Origin: Vulcanimicrobiota bacterium | GTDB lineage: Bacteria > Vulcanimicrobiota > Vulcanimicrobiia > Vulcanimicrobiales > Vulcanimicrobiaceae | Length of the DNA stretch: 64,000 nucleotides | NCBI GenBank assembly: GCA_963812155.1 | Contig: CAWETW010000001.1 | Coordinates: forward strand, 96,001-160,000 | Direction of reading: 5' to 3' | In this document: in pieces, positions 10,758-19,857 of the stretch | Layout of the letters: every line of letters starts with the position of its first letter | How positions within the stretch are numbered: the stretch's first letter is position 1 | Position numbers and translations under genes: made by a program | The notes under the pieces: generated by a model | The model's database searches: none | What the model saw: only the letters and a program-made list of their open reading frames with translations | What the model was told of the DNA's origin: nothing

Positions 10758-11140
10758 CGACGTCGTATCTCGTCGTTGACGAGTCGTTGGAGACTCCGCC
10801 CTACCGGCAAATCGTCGAGCAGGTGCGCTCGTCGATCGAGCGCGGCGAACTGTCGCCGGAGATGCCGTTGCCGCCGGTGCGCCAACTCGCCGGCGATCTC
10901 GGCGTCGCCCCGAATACCGTCGCACGTGCCTATGCCGAACTCCAAGCGGAGGGCTGGATCGTCGCGGACGGCCGGCGCGGAACGCGCGTCGCTCCGCAAA
11001 TCGCCCGGCCGAGCGAAAAGGAACGGGCGCGAACGCTGCGCGACACGATCGAACGGTTCGTCATCTCGCTGCAGCATCGGGGCTTTACGTCGGAGGAGAT
11101 TTCACGCAGCCTGAGCGACCGCGTCGCCGGCAGCAGCTAG
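10754..11140 (+). CDS. GntR family (YtrA-like) transcriptional regulator
   Basis: PPYRQI...LPPVRQLAGDLGVAPNTVARAYAELQAEG HTH, short C-terminus. Confidence 0.92.
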   Translation: MTTSYLVVDESLETPPYRQIVEQVRSSIERGELSPEMPLPPVRQLAGDLGVAPNTVARAYAELQAEGWIVADGRRGTRVAPQIARPSEKERARTLRDTIERFVISLQHRGFTSEEISRSLSDRVAGSS

Positions 11141-11161
11141 CAACTGACGGCCGCTGCGCTT

Positions 11162-11249
11162 CGGAGAGGGAGGGATTCGAACCCTCGGAACGCTTATCAC
11201 GTTCGCCCGCTTTCCAAGCGGGTACATTCAACCGCTCTGCCACCTCTCC
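11162..11249 (-). tRNA. tRNA-Ser(GGA)
   Basis: GGAGAGGTGGCAGAGCGG...CCCGC-TTGGAAA-GCGGG, long variable arm, GTTCGAATC. Confidence 0.95.
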
Positions 11250-11371
11250 GCGAGGTAGGCGCGGGATTCGCCCGGCGCGCCGGTCATCCCGCCCGGGCGG
11301 CTGCAAGAGGAAACCGAATCTTGGGAAGAAGGGTTATCAGACCAACCCTCGGGTTGAAGAAAGGATCGATT

Positions 11372-11914
11372 GTGAGTACTGCAAGCCAGCCGTTTCTCAG
11401 CGACGTTAAAGAGCTGCGCCGGCGCGCCCGCGAGAACATCGAGCGCGGCGCCATTACCGATAGTTACGGCCTCGACTCGAACGTCGTCTGCGACATCTTG
11501 AATCAGGCGCTGGCGACCGAAATCGTCTGCGTGTTGCGCTACAAGCGACACTACTACATGGCAACCGGACTGAACAAGGACGCGGTCGCGGCCGAGTTTC
11601 TCGAACACGCCAACGACGAGCAGGGTCATGCCGACCGCATCGCCGAGCGCATCACGCAACTGGGCGGCGCGCCCGACTTCAACCCCAAAGGCCTCGCCGA
11701 GCGCAGCCATAGCGAATATCAGGAAGGCAACACGCTCGTCGAGATGATCAAAGAAGATCTCATCGCCGAACGCGTGGCGATCGAGTCCTACAACGAGATC
11801 GTAAAGTTCCTCGGCGACAAAGACACGACGTCACGGCGGCTGATGGAAGAGATCCTCGGGGTGGAAGAAGAGCACGCCAACGACATGCACGACCTCCTGC
11901 AGAAGGTGCAGTAG
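11372..11914 (+). CDS. Bacterioferritin / ferritin-like diiron protein
   Basis: LNQALATE, EHANDEQGHAD, EDLIAER, EEEHA diiron motifs; GTG after AAAGGA. Confidence 0.88.
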   Translation: MSTASQPFLSDVKELRRRARENIERGAITDSYGLDSNVVCDILNQALATEIVCVLRYKRHYYMATGLNKDAVAAEFLEHANDEQGHADRIAERITQLGGAPDFNPKGLAERSHSEYQEGNTLVEMIKEDLIAERVAIESYNEIVKFLGDKDTTSRRLMEEILGVEEEHANDMHDLLQKVQ

Positions 11915-11920
11915 CCTCGG

Positions 11921-13381
11921 TTACTCGCCTTGGGCGAGCGAGTATCCGCGCTCGCCGTTGAACGTGTAGAGTCCCTCGGTTTTGATGACGTCGAAACCCG
12001 CGCGGTCGGCGGCCTCGAGCAGTTTCACGACGTGCTGCGCCGTGAAGAGCTCGCTGCCGTCGGTTTCGAAGCGGCACGACCAGTGGTCGCTCCAGTACGT
12101 ATCGGGATTGGGGTCCGGCCAGACCTTCGTGCCGCGATTGCTGATGACGCTCAGTTTTGTGCCCGGCACCTTCAACAGATTCATCGCATCCGCGATGATG
12201 TCGGGGTTTCCGTCCCGGCGATCGATGAAGAGATCGACGCCGACGCGCATTTTCATCGGCGGCTTGCCGGCGGGTCGAATCGCCAGGTTCATGTGAACGC
12301 TCTTATTGTATTCGACCGGCGCGAGCTTCGCGGGAAGTTTTCCGATACGCTCGATCACGGCGTCGGCAAACTCGCGGGTGCCGACCTTGCGCTTCGAAAC
12401 GCCCTCGCGATAGATATCGTAGGTGTGGATGCCTTCCTCGATCGTACGGAGCCACGCGTTGTGCGCGCGCTCGGCGGCGTCAGGTTGCCCAACGTGCACG
12501 AGCATCAGTAGCGCGCCGTGAAGCAGGCCCGACGGATTCGCGAGATTCTGACCGGCGCGGCGCGGCGCCGAGCCGTGAATGGCCTCGAACATCGAGCAGT
12601 AGTCGCCGATGTTCGCCGAGCCGGCTAAACCGACCGACCCGGTGATCTGCGCGGCGACGTCGGAAAGCACGTCGCCGTAGAGATTCGGCATCACGATCAC
12701 GTCGAATGCTTCCGGCGTGTCGGCCATTTTGGCCGCGCCGATGTCGACGATCCAATGCTCGGACTCGATCTCGGGATACTCTAGGGCAATCTCGTTGAAC
12801 GTCCGGTGGAACAAGCCGTCCGTGATCTTCATGATGTTGTCTTTGGTGAAGCACGTGACTTTCTTACGGTTGTTGGCGCGCGCGTATTCGAACGCATAGC
12901 GCACGATGCGCTTGCTGCCGGGCCGCGAAATGAGCTTGAGGCACTGTGCGACCTGATTGGTCTGCCGGTGCTCGATGCCGCCGTAGACGTCTTCCTCGTT
13001 CTCGCGCACGATCACGATGTCCATGTTCGGGTGTTTGGTCGAAACGTACGGGTGGAGCGACGCGCAGGGGCGCACGTTGGCATACATCCCGAGCGTCTTG
13101 CGCACGGTGACGTTGAGGCTCTTGAAACCGCCGCCTTGCGGCGTCGTGATCGGCGCCTTGAGGAAGACCTTGGTCCGCCGCAGCGACTCCCACGACGACG
13201 GCTCGATGCCGTTACTGAGACCTTTGTGGTAAATTGCCTCGCCGATTTCGATGCGTTCCAGATCGAGCTGCGCACCGGCCTCGGTGATGATGCGCAACGT
13301 CGCGTCCATGATCTCGGGGCCGATGCCGTCGCCGTGGGCGACCGTGACCGGCACCTTCGTCGCAATAGCGGTGGTGCTCAA
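11921..13381 (-). CDS. icd: NADP-dependent isocitrate dehydrogenase (with C-terminal extension)
   Basis: GDGIGPEI, KAPITTP, SLNVTVRK, KDNIMK, NLYGDVLSD, FEAIHGSAP; TTG start after AAGGAAGGGA. Confidence 0.93.
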   Translation of the reverse strand: MSTTAIATKVPVTVAHGDGIGPEIMDATLRIITEAGAQLDLERIEIGEAIYHKGLSNGIEPSSWESLRRTKVFLKAPITTPQGGGFKSLNVTVRKTLGMYANVRPCASLHPYVSTKHPNMDIVIVRENEEDVYGGIEHRQTNQVAQCLKLISRPGSKRIVRYAFEYARANNRKKVTCFTKDNIMKITDGLFHRTFNEIALEYPEIESEHWIVDIGAAKMADTPEAFDVIVMPNLYGDVLSDVAAQITGSVGLAGSANIGDYCSMFEAIHGSAPRRAGQNLANPSGLLHGALLMLVHVGQPDAAERAHNAWLRTIEEGIHTYDIYREGVSKRKVGTREFADAVIERIGKLPAKLAPVEYNKSVHMNLAIRPAGKPPMKMRVGVDLFIDRRDGNPDIIADAMNLLKVPGTKLSVISNRGTKVWPDPNPDTYWSDHWSCRFETDGSELFTAQHVVKLLEAADRAGFDVIKTEGLYTFNGERGYSLAQGE

Positions 13382-13422
13382 GATGTCCCTTCCTTAAGTG
13401 CGCCCGGTGGATTCGCCGCGCG

Positions 13423-15054
13423 CTAGCGGCTCCACTCCTGGGCGTTCCAGCTCTCGGTGGTGCCGTTCGGGACGAAGTTCCGCAAATCGGCGGCGTGCCC
13501 GTAGCGCAGCGATTGATAGTAGATAAACGCCCCCGGCGCGTCGCGCAGCAGCAGCGACTGAATCGTCGCGTACGCGCGCATACGGACCGCGCGGTCGAAG
13601 GTCGAAAGCGCGAGCCTTTGCGCGGCTTCCATCTCGCGCGAACAATATCGTGAGATATTATTTCCGGCGGGCGGCACGGCCGCACACGTCCATTGCGACG
13701 AGTCGTCGGGGTCGGATCCCGATATCCACGAGTACATGGCGAGGTCGAACTTCCCGCTGTTGAGGATTCCGCCGTTTTGCGCCGCGGCATAGAGCACGGC
13801 ATAGTCGTAACCCTTGAGTTCCAGCTCGACGCCGAGCGCTTTATACATTTGCTGCACCTGCGCCGTGACCGTTCGCACGAGTTGGCTGCCGTTACCGTAC
13901 GCTATTTGCAACGATAGCCGCTTGCCGTCGCGCACCCGCACGCCGTCGGGTCCCGGGTGCCACCCCGCCGCGTCCAGCAGGGCTTTCGCTCGCGTCAGCT
14001 CGTAGGGCACCGGCGCGAGCGACGCATCGAAGGCCCAGTAGAACGGCGAGAGATCCGCCACGGCGAGTTTTCCGGTGCCGTACGTGTCGTCGTGCACGAT
14101 CGCCGCGCGATCCATGCCGAGGACGAGCGCTTGCCGGACGCGGACGTCGTCGAGGGGCGGGCGCACCGTGTTGAAAAGGATCGCCGTATACGCGGGCGCC
14201 TCCGCGAGTTGCCTAACGAGCGCGGTGCCGCGGATAACGTCGCGATAGACGGGAGACGGTATCTCAATCGCAAGATCGACTTCGTGCGAAAGCAGCTGCG
14301 CGAGCGTCGTGTTATCGTCCGGTATGATCTTGATCGTCAGCTGTTTGAAGTGCGGCGCGCCGCGGAAGTAGTTGGGATTGGCACGCATGATGATGCGGTC
14401 GCCGCGTAACCAGCGGACGAACTCAAATGGTCCGGTGCCGATTGGTGCGGCATTGAACGGCACCTGGTTGAGGTTCGGATACTTCGCCAGCAAATGTGCC
14501 GGAAGTATCCGCAGGATGGTGTCGCTCTCGCCGAAGATCGTGTCGATGGCGGGAGCGAAGACGCGCTTCATATGCATGACGACGGTGTAGTCGTCGGGCG
14601 TATCCATCGAGGCGACTTGATCGTAGCCCCTGCGAGAAATGACGTTATTGTTTGAATTGAGGATCTCTCGCCAGGTAAACACCACGTCCTTACTGGTGAA
14701 CGGGGCACCGTCGTGCCACTTGACGCCGTGGCGCAAGTGATACGTGATCGTCAATCCGTTCTTGCTGATGCCTCCGTTTTGCTGCGTCGGGACGATGGTA
14801 GCCAACTCGGGAATTTGATGATGGTGCTGGTCTTGGGTGACCAACAGATCGAACGTCAAGCCGGCGAGAAAATTCTCGATCGCGTTCTGCGGCAGAATCG
14901 GATTGAGTTGCATGGGATTGATGTTGATTGCAATCCGAAGCTCGTCGCTCGACGCGGCGTTCTGCATGCCGCTGCGCGAACACGCGGCGGCCGCCGCGAG
15001 CGCCAACAGCGCGAAAAGACTAAGAAGCTTGCGCAACGCAGCGGAACTTTGCAT
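13423..15054 (-). CDS. Peptide ABC transporter substrate-binding lipoprotein
   Basis: Lipobox AAAAC; LRHGVKWHDGAPFTSKDV, PIGTGPF SBP family 5 motifs. Confidence 0.92.
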   Translation of the reverse strand: MQSSAALRKLLSLFALLALAAAAACSRSGMQNAASSDELRIAININPMQLNPILPQNAIENFLAGLTFDLLVTQDQHHHQIPELATIVPTQQNGGISKNGLTITYHLRHGVKWHDGAPFTSKDVVFTWREILNSNNNVISRRGYDQVASMDTPDDYTVVMHMKRVFAPAIDTIFGESDTILRILPAHLLAKYPNLNQVPFNAAPIGTGPFEFVRWLRGDRIIMRANPNYFRGAPHFKQLTIKIIPDDNTTLAQLLSHEVDLAIEIPSPVYRDVIRGTALVRQLAEAPAYTAILFNTVRPPLDDVRVRQALVLGMDRAAIVHDDTYGTGKLAVADLSPFYWAFDASLAPVPYELTRAKALLDAAGWHPGPDGVRVRDGKRLSLQIAYGNGSQLVRTVTAQVQQMYKALGVELELKGYDYAVLYAAAQNGGILNSGKFDLAMYSWISGSDPDDSSQWTCAAVPPAGNNISRYCSREMEAAQRLALSTFDRAVRMRAYATIQSLLLRDAPGAFIYYQSLRYGHAADLRNFVPNGTTESWNAQEWSR

Positions 15055-16288
15055 ACATGTACGGATAATCGCGATAGAACCAGTTGCGAAAACTGCGCCG
15101 CACCAGTTCGACGGCCGTTACCGGCGAGGCGCCTTTCATCACGTAGTGCTTACCGTCGAAAAAGTCGGCGGAATATTGCGGATACGATGCCATCGGCTCG
15201 AAGCCGGGAAACGGCGCGAACGGCGTTTGCGTCCACTCCCAGCCGTTGCCGATGAGGTCGCACACGCCCCAGGCGCTAGCACCGTCGGGATGTGCGTCGA
15301 CCGGCTCGGGGTCGAAACGTTGAAAGCCGAAGTTTCCGTGCCGGCGGCCGGGCGGCTCGTCACCCCACGGATGGGGCCGCTCGCCGGCGCCGGAGCCGAA
15401 GGCGGCACGGTGATACTCGGCCTCGCTGGGAAGCCGCATTCCCGCCCAAGCGGCATACGCTTCGGCCTGCGCGTGCGAAACGTACACCGGCCACGAATGT
15501 GGCAGCGGCAACTCTTCGAAAACTCCGCGCAGCCGCCATTCGCCGTCGTGCCGGATCCAAAACGGCGGCGGCTCGCCCCCCGCATCCACGAACGCGCGCC
15601 AATCGCCGTTGGTTACGGGAAACGTTGCAACGTCGAATGCCGGCACCGCGACTTCGTGGCGTCCGAACTCGTTGTCCCAGCCGAAGGCGAGGTCGGCGGG
15701 ATCGGCCCCCAGCGTTGCAATGCCTGCCGGAATCGAGCGCATGTCGAACGCCGGCGGTGCATGGTCGTCGAAGGTTTGCGCGACGCGGCGCTTCTTATCC
15801 GAATCCAGCCGATGCACGATGTAAGTCAGCGTTTCGTGGTGCATCTGTTCGTGCTCCAGCACGGTATACGCCGCTTGCCCCCGCACCAGGCGCGGTACCG
15901 ACGGGTCCTCGATGCGCGCGTGCGCGATCGCTCGCTCGACCCGCTCGTCGCAGGCGCGACCAAAGGCGGCGATTTCTTCGCGTGACGGCCAGTCGCTGCG
16001 TTGGTGACGCTTGGCGTCGTCGAGCGAGCCGGGATCGATGCCGCGTTCGAAGAGCCGCTCGAGGCGTTCGTCAAGCGGCCGTTCCTTCAAACCGCGCTCG
16101 TTGAGCGTGAAGAAACTGAACGCCGGAATGTGCCCTTCGTAAAACGCAAACGGGTGGCGCAGCGGAATCGGCCCCTCGTAAAACGCTTGGGGCGCGATCA
16201 GGTCGAAAAGCTCGGCCGAACGCGCGCGGTTGCGGCGGTACCAGTCGAGCAAAAAGGCGCGGTCGAGTTTTTCGATCGTTTGTTGCAT
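15020..16288 (-). CDS. EgtB/OvoA-family sulfoxide synthase-like protein (DinB_2 + FGE-sulfatase domains)
   Basis: LRHPFAFYEGH and EHEQMHHETL iron-ligand motifs; FGWDNE, RLPSEAEY, GNGWEW, RRSFRNWF. Confidence 0.85.
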   Translation of the reverse strand: MQQTIEKLDRAFLLDWYRRNRARSAELFDLIAPQAFYEGPIPLRHPFAFYEGHIPAFSFFTLNERGLKERPLDERLERLFERGIDPGSLDDAKRHQRSDWPSREEIAAFGRACDERVERAIAHARIEDPSVPRLVRGQAAYTVLEHEQMHHETLTYIVHRLDSDKKRRVAQTFDDHAPPAFDMRSIPAGIATLGADPADLAFGWDNEFGRHEVAVPAFDVATFPVTNGDWRAFVDAGGEPPPFWIRHDGEWRLRGVFEELPLPHSWPVYVSHAQAEAYAAWAGMRLPSEAEYHRAAFGSGAGERPHPWGDEPPGRRHGNFGFQRFDPEPVDAHPDGASAWGVCDLIGNGWEWTQTPFAPFPGFEPMASYPQYSADFFDGKHYVMKGASPVTAVELVRRSFRNWFYRDYPYMYAKFRCVAQAS

Positions 16289-16314
16289 GGAATTGTCCTT
16301 GCCGGCAGTCTGCC

Positions 16315-17431
16315 TTACAGCGTTCCGCGCTTCTCCTGTTCGCGCTCGATGGAAACGAAGAGCGCTTTGAAGTTCCCTTTTCCGAACGAGAGACTGCCCT
16401 TGCGCTGAATGATCTCGAAGAACACCGTCGGCCGGTCCTGAAGCGGTTTGGTGAAGATCTGCAGCATGTAGCCCATGTCGTCGCGATCGACGAGAATCCG
16501 CTGTTCGCGCAGCATATCGATCGCCTCGTCGATGCGGCCCACCCGCTGTTCGAGCATTTCGTAATACGAATCCGGCGTGTCGAGAAATTCGACGCCGTTG
16601 GCGCGCAGCGCGCGAATCGTGGCGGCGATGTCGTCGGTGCGGATCGCCATGTGCTGGACGCCGGCGCCGCGATAGAAGTCGAGATATTCCTCGATTTGCG
16701 ATTTCTTCTTACCCTGCGCGGGCTCGTTGATCGGGAACTTCACGCGATGGCGCGCGTCGGTCATCACTTTCGAGCGCAGCGCGGTGTATTCGGTGGAGAT
16801 GTCCTTGTCGTCGAACGACACGAGTTGCGAAAAGCCGAAGACGCGCGCGTAGAAGTCGCCCCACGCGTCCATCTCGCCCCAGCCGACGTTGCCGACGCAG
16901 TGGTCGATGAAGAGCAGATCCGGCTTCACGGCCGCGTCAAGCGTCTTGCGCTGTTCGACGAAGCCGGGCATGAAGCGTCCCGCGATAGTTGCGGCGTTCG
17001 ACGAACGAATGCACGGTGTCGCCGTAGGTGGCGATTTTCGCCTGCAGGATGTGCCCGCTCCCGTCGCGCGACTCGACCGGTTCCTGGACGGCGCGAGCTC
17101 CGCCCGCGATCGCCGTGTCGAACGCGGCGCGCGCGTCTTCGACCACGATGGCAATGTCTTTGATGCCGTCGCCGTGTAGCGCGACGTGCCGCGCGATGTC
17201 GTCGTCGGGCAGCAAGCTGGCGGTAAGGAGGAAGCGCAGCTTATTCTGTTCGAGTAAGTAACTGACGCGATTTTTCACGCCCGTTTCCGGGCCGGCGTAC
17301 GCGATCTGATCGAAACCGAACGCCGACATGTAGTAGTGCGCCGCCTGCTTGGCGTTCCCGACGTAGAACTCGACGTAATCCCAATCGATCTCCGCCAGCG
17401 GATTGCTGCGCGATTCGGTCACCGTACTCAT
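16315..17431 (-). CDS. hppD: 4-hydroxyphenylpyruvate dioxygenase; one apparent frameshift ~16975
   Basis: [44 protein letters not shown]-like [16 protein letters not shown] across two ORFs. Confidence 0.93.
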
Positions 17432-17495
17432 GCGCCTGGCCTTGGCGAGGCGCCCGAGGCGCCCCTGTTCGGCTGCGCGAAGAAGCGCGCCACGC

Positions 17496-18449
17496 ATGAA
17501 TTCACGCAGCGAGGCCGCGGCGCGGGCCGCATTCGAGGCACTCATTGACTACGCCGGCCTCTATCCGCCGGCCGAACTCGGCATTGATGCCGCCGTGGCC
17601 GAATACGGCGCGGCCGGCGCGAGCGCGGCGGCGTGGATGCTCGGGCGCTTCATTGCCGGCACGCCGCAAATCGCAGGCGTCGTCTCCGCCTGGAGGGCGC
17701 GCGGTACCGGCGACGCCCTTCGGCTTTCGGTCATCGCCGCGGTGGAACGCGATGCGCGACGCTGGTTCGACTCGCTGCGCGGCGCGCTCGATGCGATCGT
17801 GACGTTGCGAACCGAGCCGGGCGTCGTGGTGGAAGCGCTCGAGATTCCGCTCGCGGCGCCGGTCAGCACGCGTGAGACCTTCGAAGCGCCGATCGCGCAG
17901 TTGCGGGCGGCCCTGGATCGCGCGAATCTCGGCGACCTCCCGGTCTACGTCGAACTTCCGGAGCATTCGCGCCGCGAGGAACTCCTGCCGCAGGCGATGG
18001 CGGCGCTTGCACGGGTGCACTTGCGTGCCAAGCTTCGCTGCGGCGGCATCGTCGCGGAAGCGTTTCCGAGCGTCGACGCGGTTGCCGGATTCATCGCGAC
18101 GGCGGCGGCCGAGCGCGTCGCGTTCAAAGCGACGGCGGGGCTGCACCATCCCGTGCGCCATCTCAATGCCGCGACGGGCTTCGTGATGCACGGGTTTCTG
18201 AATCTGCTGGCCGCCGCAACGTTTGCGCCGGCGTCGAGTGCCGACGAACTGCGGCTCATCGTTGCCGAAGAAGATCCGCGGGCCTTTGCCATCGGCGAAT
18301 CCGGCTTTGCATGGCGAGACCGGCGCGCGGGCCTCGACGAACTCCGGCGCGCGCGCGCGCAGGCGTTCGTGGGATACGGAAGTTGCAGTTTCAGCGAGCC
18401 GGTCGACGATTTGACGGCACTGGGCATGCTGCCGGCCGCACTCGCGTGA
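17496..18449 (+). CDS. Conserved hypothetical protein coupled to fahA
   Basis: LIDYAGLYPPA, KLRCGG, FKATAGLHHPVR, HGFLN, GYGSCSFSEP motifs; overlaps fahA start. Confidence 0.8.
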   Translation: MNSRSEAAARAAFEALIDYAGLYPPAELGIDAAVAEYGAAGASAAAWMLGRFIAGTPQIAGVVSAWRARGTGDALRLSVIAAVERDARRWFDSLRGALDAIVTLRTEPGVVVEALEIPLAAPVSTRETFEAPIAQLRAALDRANLGDLPVYVELPEHSRREELLPQAMAALARVHLRAKLRCGGIVAEAFPSVDAVAGFIATAAAERVAFKATAGLHHPVRHLNAATGFVMHGFLNLLAAATFAPASSADELRLIVAEEDPRAFAIGESGFAWRDRRAGLDELRRARAQAFVGYGSCSFSEPVDDLTALGMLPAALA

Positions 18450-19744
18450 TCGACGCACGCGAAACGACGTCGCCCGAGCTGGAGTCGTGGCTCGACGTCG
18501 AGCCCGGCAGCGACTTTCCGATTCAAAACCTGCCGTTCGGCATTTTCGTCCGCGACCGCGAGACGACCGGGCGCATCGGCGTCGCGATCGGCGACCGCAT
18601 CCTCGATCTGCGCGCGGTAGCGGAGAGCGGCTTGCTCGACGAGGCGTGCGAACGGCGCCTGCTCGAGCGGCAGCGTCTCAACGCGCTGTTCGCGCGCGGC
18701 CGGGAAACGTTGAGCGCGCTGCGCCGCCGCATTTCAATGCTGTTGCGCCGCGACGGCGACCCCGCGCTGCGTCTCGCCAACGCCGATTTCTTTTTCGTGC
18801 CGCGCGACGGGACGCGCATGCTGATGCCGGTCGAAGTGGGCGATTACGTCGACTTCTACTCGTCGCTCGAACATGCGACCAACCTCGGACGGCTGTTCCG
18901 GCCCGACGCCGAGCCGCTGCTGCCGAACTGGCGCTGGATGCCGATCGGCTACCATGGCCGTTCGGCGACGATCGTCGCCGGCGGCACGCCGATCGTGCGG
19001 CCTTCCGGACAGCGCAAGCCGAAGGACGCATCCGTGCCGGTCTTCGGCGCATCGACGATGCTCGACATCGAACTCGAAGTCGGCTTCATCGTCGGCCGCG
19101 GCAATGCGCTCGGTATGCCGATCCCGGTCGATGCGGCACTCGACCACGTGGCCGGATTCGTGCTCGTGAACGACTGGAGCGCGCGCGACATTCAGGCGTG
19201 GGAATATCAGCCGCTCGGGCCGTTCCTGGGCAAATCGTTCGCGACGACGATCTCGCCCTGGGTGGTCACCCTCGACGCGCTCGAGCCGTTTCGCGTCGCA
19301 AGCCCCGCGCAACAGCCGCCGCCGCTGCCGTATCTTCGCGCCGAGCAGCCGGGAGGGTACGACATACAATTAGCGGTCGACTTGCAAACCGCGCGCATGC
19401 GCGAAGCGGGAATCGCCGCACACACGATCTCGCGCACGAACTTCAGCGGCATGTACTGGAACCCAGCGCAGCAGCTCGCGCACGCAACCGTGAACGGAGC
19501 CCGCACGCGCGCCGGCGACCTCTTCGCTTCGGGCACGATCTCAGGCCCAACGCCCGAGAGTTACGGGAGCCTCATCGAACTGACGTGGCGCGGCGAGCGG
19601 CCCATCGAACTCCCCGACGGCGAGCGGCGCGCGTTTCTGAGCGATGGCGACGAAATTACTTTGCGAGGCTGGTGCGAAAAACGCGGCGCGCGGCGCATTG
19701 GATTCGGCGCCGCGCGCGGACGTATCGAGCCTACGATAGGCTAA
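18446..19744 (+). CDS. fahA: Fumarylacetoacetase
   Basis: SDFPIQNLPFG, GDYVDFYSSLEHA, PIGYHGRS, LDIELE, NDWSARDIQAWEYQPLGPFLGKSF. Confidence 0.95.
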   Translation: MIDARETTSPELESWLDVEPGSDFPIQNLPFGIFVRDRETTGRIGVAIGDRILDLRAVAESGLLDEACERRLLERQRLNALFARGRETLSALRRRISMLLRRDGDPALRLANADFFFVPRDGTRMLMPVEVGDYVDFYSSLEHATNLGRLFRPDAEPLLPNWRWMPIGYHGRSATIVAGGTPIVRPSGQRKPKDASVPVFGASTMLDIELEVGFIVGRGNALGMPIPVDAALDHVAGFVLVNDWSARDIQAWEYQPLGPFLGKSFATTISPWVVTLDALEPFRVASPAQQPPPLPYLRAEQPGGYDIQLAVDLQTARMREAGIAAHTISRTNFSGMYWNPAQQLAHATVNGARTRAGDLFASGTISGPTPESYGSLIELTWRGERPIELPDGERRAFLSDGDEITLRGWCEKRGARRIGFGAARGRIEPTIG

Positions 19745-19760
19745 GGCGCGTCCTTCGACT

Positions 19761-19855
19761 GCGCTTCGCTTCGCTCAGGATGACACGAGGGAGCGCTTCG
19801 CTTCGCTCAGGATGACACGAGGGAGCGCTTCGCTTCGCTCAGGATGACACGAGGG
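19761..19855. repeat. Three tandem copies of a 32-bp REP-like unit
   Basis: GCGCTTCGCTTCGCTCAGGATGACACGAGGGA at 19761, 19793 and 19825 (last copy differs only at its final base); no spacers. Confidence 0.9.
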
Positions 19856-19857
19856 GG

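Noticed and set aside
19761..19855. Possible mini CRISPR array
   Set aside because: Units are contiguous and identical with no unique spacers, and there are no cas genes in the window
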